From Eledone cirrhosa (lineage: Eukaryota): DNA of 64,000 nucleotides. The notes beneath the pieces were generated by a model. It worked only from the letters and a program-made list of their open reading frames with translations. It was not told the origin of the DNA and did not search any database. The DNA is taken from NCBI GenBank assembly GCA_964016885.1, contig OZ024747.1, positions 27,652,001-27,716,000 on the forward strand. The letters run 5' to 3'. Positions 50,720 to 64,000 of this stretch are shown in pieces. The position numbers and the translations under genes are program-made. Numbering within the stretch: position 1 is the stretch's first letter; every line of letters begins with the position of its first letter.

Positions 50720-51165
50720 TATAAGTCCAAGACCCTAAGTCATGCTGAAGTAAAGACTCCTAGTTTGGTGGGATTTGATCCGATTCAGGATAAAATAGGA
50801 GAGTAGTTCCATACAGTGGTTGAGGTTCAATAGGGATGTCTCCTGTCACTAACACCCTTCAATGTATTTCTGGAGTCAGGGTGGCCGAGTGGTCTAAGGC
50901 ATCAGACTCAAGGTGTAGTGTATTCCTGGAGCACACAACAAATGAAACACTTGAAGAACATGTTAGCACTATCAGTCTTGGAGGACACCACATCAGTAAC
51001 CTCAGATTCACCAATATCGATGGATTAGTAAATAACATAAGAGAATTTGCCACCAGATATGGAATGGAAATCAACTTCAAAAAGACACAAGTCATTACAA
51101 AAAACCAAGACAGGATCACTGCCAATGGCCAGGAGTTTATGCAAGTTAATTACTTCAAATACTGA
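50720..51165 (+). pseudogene. Highly decayed RTE-type RT fragment
   Basis: Remnants of QGCLLS.TLFNVFLE..ISLGGHHISNLRF.NIDGL..YGMEINFKKT..QVNYFKY. Confidence 0.7.
50875..50918 (+). pseudogene. 5' half of tRNA-Leu(CAA), inserted with a target-site duplication
   Basis: GTCAGGGTGGCCGAGTGGTCTAAGGCATCAGACTCAAG matches the eukaryotic tRNA-Leu(CAA) 5' half through the anticodon. Flanked by TGTATTTCTGGA (50863-50874) and TGTATTCCTGGA (50919-50930). Confidence 0.8.
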
Positions 51166-51483
51166 TATATCAAGAAACATTGAACTTTGATAGAAATAAG
51201 CGCCATGCAGGAATTGATACCACACCACACCACACTGGAGAAACCCCCACCCTCGTAATGATATCTTATACAGTCTGACTAGCACTTTTACTCTCCTAGC
51301 CTATTGCTCTGGTCTATTTTACTGTCATGATGATAACTTATCTAGGACAAACAAGTGCCTATGTATATACATACATATATATATATTTATGTACATAGTA
51401 CACATACATCATCATCATCATTTTACGTCCGCTCTTCCCTGCTTGCAAGTATACATACATGCATGCATGCGTTACATTCCCTA

Positions 51484-51522
<39 letters not shown>

Positions 51523-52755
51523 CATGCACAGATATACATGCATGCAAGTACATATATATTTGTACAGAGAAACACACAATGTGTAATAAAACTATGTTAG
51601 TTGACTGTGACTTAACATTTTCCTATGCCAAGTGTCATCACATCTCAGATAATTGGACTGTAGATTGGATTTGAGGACTGTTATGGGGGACTGATACTGT
51701 GGTGGTGGTGGTGGTGGTGATGGCATTAGTGATGATGGGGGTGGCAGTATCAGCGATGAAAGGGGAGGGGCAGTGGCTGTGGTGATAGTAGTGGCAGTGC
51801 TGGAGATGTTACTAGTGGTGGCATTAGTGATGATGGGGGTGGCAGTGGAGGTGGTGGTACTACTAGTGGTATTAGTGATGGTGGGGGTGACAGAGGCTGT
51901 GGTGATAGTAGTGGCAGTGGAGATGGTGTTGGTGATGTTACTAGTGGTGGCATTAGTTATGATCGGGGTGGTATTATCAGCGATGGAGGGGGGGGGGGCA
52001 GTGGCTGTGGTGATAGTAGTGGCAGTGGAGGTGGTTCTGGTATTAGTGTTGATTGGGAGGGTAGTGGCTGTGGTGATAGTGCAGGTAGTCGCAGTTTAGG
52101 GTGATGGTGTAGGCGATGGGGGTGACATCGGTGATGGGGGTGGGGGCATCAGTCGTGATGATGGTGGTGACGGTGGCGATAACACTGGTAGCTGTGCGTA
52201 GTAGATTGGATTGTAGGACTTAGACTTCTGTTCTGGTAGGTACACACCACTGGACTAGTACACTAAGGGTTGTGTGTGAGTGAGCGGGTCTATGTGAGAC
52301 TATTCACCTAGTTAACAGGTAACAGCTACCAATTCTTGTGTTCAGTGAACACTGTAGGGACGGATAATAAGCCATTGTTTATGACGATATACATACACAC
52401 ACTGAGTGATATAGATACATATATACCTCCACATACACACAGATACTCATACATACATATAGTGACATGCATATATATATATATATATATATATACAGAC
52501 TTACACACACAAACATGAAGACTGATATACAGACACATACATATACACTTACATACAGAATGACATATATACCTAGATACATATATACATTCAGTGACAT
52601 ACTTATATACACTGACATATATATATATATATATATAGTAATAATAATAAATTTGAAGACTAAAATCCAAAGAGGGCTCGATAAGGTTAGTTTCAGAAGA
52701 TCCCGTTAAGAGTGAAAGCAGCGATTCTTTGCTTAAACTTTAATCTGTTATTTTA

Positions 52756-52852
<97 letters not shown>

Positions 52853-53289
52853 TACACACAGTGAAAAATTTGGTTGCCGACCAATGTTATGGTGGAAGTG
52901 ATGAATAGATAGATTGTTTAACATCTGACAGAGGTAGTGGGACAACGAAACATGTGTGTGTGCGTGTGTATGTCTAAGTGTACACACACAACAGGTTTTC
53001 TGACATGTTCACACCATGTTTGCAATTCCTTTCAGACATTTTTAAAATGTGTCGTCTGGTTCAATGAAATAATAGAACCTTATTTGATGACAGACAGGGT
53101 GTTTTGTTAGGAGACAGAGAGAGAGAGAGGTGGGAGGGGGGTCAGTTGAAATGGAATTGTGTCGGTGACCAGGTTGCAAACGAGTGTTTGTCGAAAATTT
53201 TGACACCAATAAATAAATAAAGGTAATGTGTAATTGCTACACATACACAGATGTATATATCGCGCGTGCGTTTGTATGTGTGTTTATAA

Positions 53290-53780
53290 ATGTAATTAAC
53301 TTAACCAAGGCGTTTGACCTGGTCAGCTGGAGCAGGCTTTTCAGCCGAGATTTGCTGCCCTCTCCATCTACTCGCGGCCGTCACTTTGTTCCAAGAAAGC
53401 ATGCACAGAACAGTTTATTTTACGAATAATGGTGCAATCTCTAAAGCATTTCCAGTCAGCAGTGAAGTCAAGCAAGGCTGTGTCCTTGCGACAACGCTCC
53501 TTGGTGTCTTCTTCATGCTCCTCCAGAACGCCTTTAAGGATTGCAACGTGAGTGTCGATATTCACACCAGGACTGACAGCAAACTTTTCAATACCGCCCG
53601 CCATCGTGCTGCAACCAAAGTCACAGAGGTACTCACCCATGAAAGGTTTTTTTGCTGATGATGCAGCCTTGACCTCACACACAGAAGATGGCCTGGAGCA
53701 GTTTGTCAATTGCCTCTCCCACACTTACAAGACAAATATCATGGCGCAGGGCGTACTTACTCCTGCAAAACATCGCCATT
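53290..53780 (+). pseudogene. Decayed RTE (BovB-like) RT fragment
   Basis: NLTKAFDLVS, VKQGCVLATTL, FADDAALTSHTEDGLEQFVNCLS across frames. Confidence 0.8.
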
Positions 53781-54049
53781 GATATATATATTCGTGTACA
53801 GATATTTTTGCATACACAATAACAAAATATAAACAAACGTATTTATTTCACGAGGCTCGACAGCAGCACAAACAACAACAAAAAAGAGAGGGAACGCAAT
53901 TACATGCTTTTGAAAAATCTTAATGGAAAATGATTTGCCTATTCACCCAAGGCGACTTCACTTTTTATAGGACTTCTGCATCAATTAGTGAACATACGAC
54001 GAAACTGTTTCAGAAAGGAGGGATAAACATGCCAATCTATGTTTAGAAT

Positions 54050-54078
54050 CCCGAGCAACGCCGGGCCATTCTGCTAGT
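54050..54078 (+). mobile_element. Helitron-like 3' terminus
   Basis: GC hairpin CCCG-AGCAACGC-CGGG, 8 nt upstream of CTAG|T. Confidence 0.55.
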
Positions 54079-54226
54079 ACTATCTATAGGTCGCAACTCT
54101 AGGTAGAAGTTTACCGATTGGATTAAACTCTGAACTGTCTCTTACCTATATTGCTGTGGTCTATAAAGTCACATTGATCTTTGAAATGTTCTTTGCCTTT
54201 ATGTGGTTGTATTATCAACTCATCTA

Positions 54227-54229
<3 letters not shown>

Positions 54230-54310
<81 letters not shown>

Positions 54311-54333
54311 ATATATTATATATATATATTATA

Positions 54334-54396
<63 letters not shown>

Positions 54397-54397
54397 A

Positions 54398-54454
<57 letters not shown>

Positions 54455-54467
54455 ATTATATATATAT

Positions 54468-54510
<43 letters not shown>

Positions 54511-54512
54511 AT

Positions 54513-54544
<32 letters not shown>

Positions 54545-54601
54545 ATATTATATATATATATATATTATATATATATATATATATTATATATATATATATT
54601 A

Positions 54602-54632
<31 letters not shown>

Positions 54633-54640
54633 ATATATAT

Positions 54641-54695
<55 letters not shown>

Positions 54696-54719
54696 ATATA
54701 TATATTAGATATATATATA

Positions 54720-54782
<63 letters not shown>

Positions 54783-54858
54783 TATATATATTATATATAT
54801 ATATATATATATTATATATATTATATATATATATATATATATAATATATATATATATA
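54230..54858. repeat. (TA)n array with single-T interruptions
   Basis: TATAT-T-ATATA units. Confidence 0.9.
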
Positions 54859-54861
54859 AAA

Positions 54862-55424
54862 ACAAAAGTGAGTTACAAACGAAACGAAATTTAATTTCGT
54901 TTCGTTATTTGTTTTATCGTCTCCGTTGAACCGGTACGTACTCACGCTCTATGCAAATTAGTCTGCCCACTACTAATTTTCATAGAAAAAGCATATAACG
55001 ATATGTGCTTTTACGATTCTCTAGAAAGGCCGGAAGATAGGTAAATATTGCTGATGAGATGTAACAACATCGAAACTAGTTCAATATTCCTTGTCTGCTT
55101 TCTGGGAATAGAGGAAAGGTGTTTCCTCAAAAACCAGTATGACTCTAAAAACCGGTTTGTCTGTGTATTTACATACAGAATAGCTGGACACTCACAGTAA
55201 AGTGACCAGTGAAAAACTCGGTACATCTACATATGTATATGTGTGTGTATTCATATGCATACTAGTATTTCAGTATACATATGTGGATGTACATTTTAAC
55301 TTAATTGTTTAAGCGTCAGTCATACAAAAGTGAGTTACAAACGAAACGAAATTTAATTTCGTTTCGTTATTTGTTTTTATCGTCCTCCGTTGAACCGGTA
55401 CGTACTCACGCTCTATGCAAATTA
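54862..55424 (+). mobile_element. ORF-less element with about 100-bp direct terminal repeats (462-bp period) carrying a hammerhead; retrozyme/Penelope-pLTR-like
   Basis: ACAAAAGTGAGTTACAAACGAAACGAAATTTAATTTCGTTTCGTT..CACGCTCTATGCAAATTA at 54862-54960 and 55324-55424 (two 1-nt indels). (TA)n on both sides. Confidence 0.8.
55044..55088 (+). ncRNA. Minimal type I hammerhead ribozyme, intact core
   Basis: AATATTG CTGATGA GATGT-AACA-ACATC GAAA CTAG TT^ CAATATT: 7-bp stem I, 5-bp stem II, palindromic stem III ACTAGT. Predicted cut after 55081 (GUU). Confidence 0.88.
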
Positions 55425-59914
<4,490 letters not shown>

Positions 59915-59918
<4 letters not shown>

Positions 59919-61332
59919 TATTTTATCGGCTAGGAAAACTTTGATAGAATTTAATGACAAATTATGGACCAGAGCAGATAGAGATAGCAATTTTGACATA
60001 ACTATGGGATCTTCCGACTCTGCTCAGGTAACTGACCTTGTGGGCTTATTTTTAATCAATTCGCTACATAGGAAAATACCTGGTACTACCGGAGGTTTAT
60101 ATAGGGATGACATGCTTTTACTTATTAATAATAATAACCCTGAACTAAATAGAAAATGTAAACAAATTACAAAATTTTTTAATTACTTTAACCTTAAAAT
60201 AGAAATTGAGAACAACCATAGAATAGTCAATTTCCTAGATATAACATTAAATCTCAACACGTGTCTCCACTATCCTTTTCACAAGTTGAACGAAAACTTA
60301 AACTATGTCAACTTTAACTCTAACCACCCCAGATCTGTCAAAAACACTATAGTAAACTCAGTCCAAAAACGTATCTCTAGGATCTCGTCGAATAGAAAGA
60401 TTTTCGATGAAAAGGCTCAATACTATAATGAAGCACTAGCTAGGGCAGGATATGCTGATAAGATTGTGTACATAGATAACGATAGACAAACTAAACAAAG
60501 TAACAACTTTTTTAATTACGGCAACAACATTAACAACTATAATAGAAAGCATTACAATAATTCCAAAGGACAAAAAAGAAATAGAACTAGGAACATAATT
60601 TGGTTTGCCCCCCCTTTCTCACTAAACATTAAAACCCACATCGCTAAATTATTTTTCAAAGCTCTTGATAATCGCTTCCCTTGAACACATAGGTATCACT
60701 CAATCTTCAATAGGCATACAATTAAATTAACCTACTCATCCACCAAAAATTTAGCACAAAATATTAATAGAATAAATAATAGGAACTTAAAACCTACTGA
60801 TAATAGCATAAATAATATACAAGTTAACAAATGTAACTGTAGAGATAGATCTAAATGTCCGTTAAATNNNNNNNNNNNNNNNNNNNNNNNNNNNNNNNNN
60901 NNNNNNNNNNNNNNNNNNNNNNNNNNNNNNNNNNNNNNNNNNNNNNNNNNNNNNNNNNNNNNNNNNNNNNNNNNNNNNNNNNNNNNNNNNNNNNNNNNNN
61001 NNNNNNNNNNNNNNNNNNNNNNNNNNNNNNNNNNNNNNNNNNNNNNNNNNNNNNNNNNNNNNNNNNNAGATCCAAGTAAAAAATCTTCAACGGCACTATC
61101 AGGCGTACTCTGGCAACTTAAGCTAGATAACGTTAGATATTCGACGGCTTGGAATATAGTCTCAAGAGGGATTCCTTTTAATTCATCCTCTGAGACATGT
61201 GACCTCTGCGCAGAGGAGATATTCTTTATACTAAAATCTAAAAATTCCCTTAACCTACGGACAAATTTATTCAGTTGTTGCAAACATAGATTAAACTCAA
61301 CGTTTAAATATAAATTTAAATTTAAAATGTAG
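59915..61332 (+). pseudogene. Penelope-like element (Naiad-type), 5'-truncated: RT C-terminal half, Cys linker, GIY-YIG endonuclease C-terminus; one TGA and an assembly gap
   Basis: ILSARKTL..FDITMGSSDSAQVTDLVG..GLYRDD..VNFLDITL..SNHP..IIWFAPPFS..FP*THRYHSIFNRHTIKLTYS..CNCRDRSKCPL [gap] STALSGVLW..W..CDLCAEEIFFI..LNLR..CKHR; stop TAG at 61330-61332. Confidence 0.88.
60868..61067. other. Assembly gap (200 N)
   Basis: Run of N; falls where the GIY and YIG motifs would be expected. Confidence 1.
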
Positions 61333-62782
61333 TATATTTAGTTTGATTTATAATTATATGGGAAACTAGCCGATAAATTTTTTGATTCCTAAATCTTTGA
61401 TTCCCTCTTTTTACTCTTTTTTTATTGTTTATTTTTATTTTATTTTTATCTAAACATTCCTCATGAAAAATTAAGCTACCCTAAAAGCTGATGCTCCAAA
61501 TTTTTTGAATTAACCTTACACTAGATAAACTTCTATATTAAATATAAGAACATATGTAGACCTAATTGGACATCATAATCTTTTTGAAATGATCTTTGCT
61601 AGATGTGATTTGATAGATTAATTTTTGGCTTTGTCTTGTAATGAACTTGGCAATATATTGTCAATTAACTTTGAAGGGTTGTTCTTTGTGGTTTATTTTT
61701 ATTTATTTTTATTTTTATTTTTATTTTTATTTTTATTTTTATTTTTATTTTTTATCATTGTAGTATTCTATAATATTTTTTTATTTTTTATTTTTATTTT
61801 TATTTTTATTTTTAATATCTTTAATATGTAAATTTTTAATACGTAATATTTTTTAATACGTAGTATTTTTAATATGTAATATTTTTATTATGTAATATTC
61901 TTTCGTAATATTTTTTAGTTTTCTATTCTATATTTTTACTTATTATTATTATTATTGTTATCTTTTTATTTTTAGTTTTGTTTATAATATATATTTTTAT
62001 TAGTATATTGAAATCTGCTCTCTATTTCTGCTTGATAGATAATCTTGTAGAGTAATGACAGGAATAATAATACGCTCAAATTTTATACCACATTGAGAAT
62101 GTTTTCCGTGAATTTAGAGTTTGCAGAGTGAATCAGTTGGATTCGCATGGATGTTTGTAGCTGTCACATAAACATATGAATTTTTTTAAAACTAAACATA
62201 AGATAATTAATTTTCACACATTATGGATACTTGTCTCATTCAGGAATACTGATATTTACAATATAGTGTAAGTTTCATAAATACTAATGCATTAAAACAT
62301 AGGGTTTTTGCGCCTCGAATATGTCTGGCTATTTTTAAATTTTTTCTCTCGCTATTTTTTTTCCTCTCTCTATATTTTTTTCTCTATATATATCTCCCTT
62401 ACATTAATACCTGAGCTAAATAAATAAATAAATAAATAAATAAATGTATCATTGATACATTTACTCAAAATGACCTCCCACTACCTAATTTTCTATATAT
62501 ATATGTATCTATCTCTATTTCCTCTCTCTCTATATATATATGTCTCTTTCTGTTTCTTTACATGAAGTTCTTCGCTTTATCTATCTTTCCATCTCTCTAT
62601 TTTGTTCCATGCATTTCTTCTTTTTCTTTTTCTTCTTTTCTTCCTTTGCTTCGGTTTGTCTTTCTTTCTTTTTTCTCTCTTTCTTTCTCTCTGTATAAAA
62701 TTTTTTCACTGCCAGCGTAAACCTCTTCAAATGAAGTCGGTGTTATTACGGTATGTCGAATCTATTTGTCTATAAAACTGTT

Positions 62783-62862
62783 TATATTGTATTTTGTCTG
62801 ATGAAGGCATAGCATATTGTTAATATGATATCCCCGAAATATATATAATGAAATAAATATGG
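62783..62862 (+). ncRNA. Type I hammerhead-like motif downstream of the Penelope ORF (pLTR region)
   Basis: TATATTGTATTTTGT CTGATGA AGGCATAGCATATT-GTT-AATATGATATCCCC GAAA TATATA TA^ ATGAAATAAATATGG. Stem II 11/13 paired, palindromic stem III, extended stem I. Confidence 0.7.
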
Positions 62863-63071
62863 TTTTATAAATATAGTTTTCCATTTATTTAATATTGTAA
62901 ATATACTCCAAATATTTGTCGAGTGCTTTTATATCAGTTATAAATATTTACTAGTTGTAACCCAACAATTTTAAATATAACTTTACATATATAATATATA
63001 TATATATATATATAATATATAATATATATATATATATAATATATAATATATATATATATATAATATATATA

Positions 63072-63123
<52 letters not shown>

Positions 63124-63861
63124 CACACACACACACACACACATAGATAGTGAGAGAGATCATATCAAATATGACCATATATTTTTTGTTTAATCTACGA
63201 TGAATTTAGTGTACGTATATCTACAGATTATAAAGCTTGCTTTGAAAACGTTAATAAATGTGAAAATATTTCCATTACTCTCTTTATACACAAAACTTAA
63301 AAGATGCCTTCAAATGTTTCACGTCTAGCTAGCTGATCATCAGAAAACAAGTACTTTTATCATTCTGCCTTACGAAGAAAATGCTATTTAGATTAAACAC
63401 AAACCAGAACACAACTAAAGTGGCCGGTCTAATCTAATTTGCATCATGTGCATATACCGTCGACGTAATGAATAAAATAATTAATATGTATGCACAGTAT
63501 ACGAAAAGGCTTTTAGAGCCTTGATATATCCGGATCTGAAGTCCCTAAGGCAGTCTGACATTGTCTTGGCACTAATGACACCGCGGAAGTTGCCAGAACT
63601 TATGCAATGACACTGGCGCCAAGCTATACCAGTCCTTGTCCTTCCATTGAGCAACATCAATGTTGTCAAGAGGAAGAAAACATTGTAGTGTAGCCCCACC
63701 CGCTAGACTTTGTTTCCTCATAACTTTCTTAATAATGCATATATTTTTGTTGTTGTTGATCAAAGCGAGGAAGCGGTACACAGTAAACTCCATAAAGACA
63801 GTGTGCAATTTAAAATACTACAAGTATTTTAAATTGCACACATACTTTATGGACAACCTGT

Positions 63862-63995
63862 ATATGTCATCATGGCATGGGTTGAGTGGGTTGTTACATC
63901 CGTGGCTAGACTGGTCGGAGAGACCTAATCTTGCTCATACGTTGCAGATTTAGCATGGCTTCTATGGTTGATTGCCCTTCCTAACACCAACCATT
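63862..63995 (-). mobile_element. RTE 3'-tail-related repeat fragment
   Basis: GGCATGGGTTG..TTTCTATGGTTGATTGCCCTTCCTAACACCAACCA. Confidence 0.65.
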
Positions 63996-64000
63996 ATATA

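Noticed and set aside
50875-50960. Functional tRNA-Leu gene
   Set aside because: No T-arm/B-box or 3' acceptor strand; LINE sequence resumes after 44 nt.
60682-60684. In-frame TGA in the Naiad-type ORF as selenocysteine (some Naiads are reported to use UGA-Sec)
   Set aside because: It lies in FP*TH, not at a conserved Cys position, and I saw no SECIS. A CGA-to-TGA transition is simpler.

Overview
Repeat-dominated, AT-rich eukaryotic DNA, not prokaryotic. It most resembles a coleoid cephalopod (octopus-like), judged from the recurring tRNA-headed SINE family; the taxon is an inference. Only one host-gene exon is supported: 9549-10479 on the minus strand, possibly FYB/ADAP-like. The rest is intronic or intergenic. 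Retroelements: several copies of an RTE-clade LINE whose RT carries an in-frame PHD finger between RT motifs, a second RTE with three C-terminal C2H2 fingers, an L1/Tx1-type 3' fragment, a Naiad-type Penelope-like element (RT + GIY-YIG), a bipartite non-autonomous RTE and many SINEs. DNA elements: a hAT (Charlie/Buster) element with an intact 8-bp TSD, TTAA MITEs, Helitron-like ends and fold-back palindromes. There are also kilobase-scale interrupted (TA)n arrays. The most striking hidden layer is a set of minimal type I hammerhead ribozyme motifs. The cleanest (55044-55088) lies in an ORF-less 462-bp unit with 100-bp direct repeats, a retrozyme/pLTR-like structure embedded in (TA)n upstream of the Penelope element. 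Other candidates lie at 62783-62862, 32303-32338 and an inverted pair at 25854-26025, plus several decayed relics. Most long ORFs in the supplied track are microsatellite artefacts.
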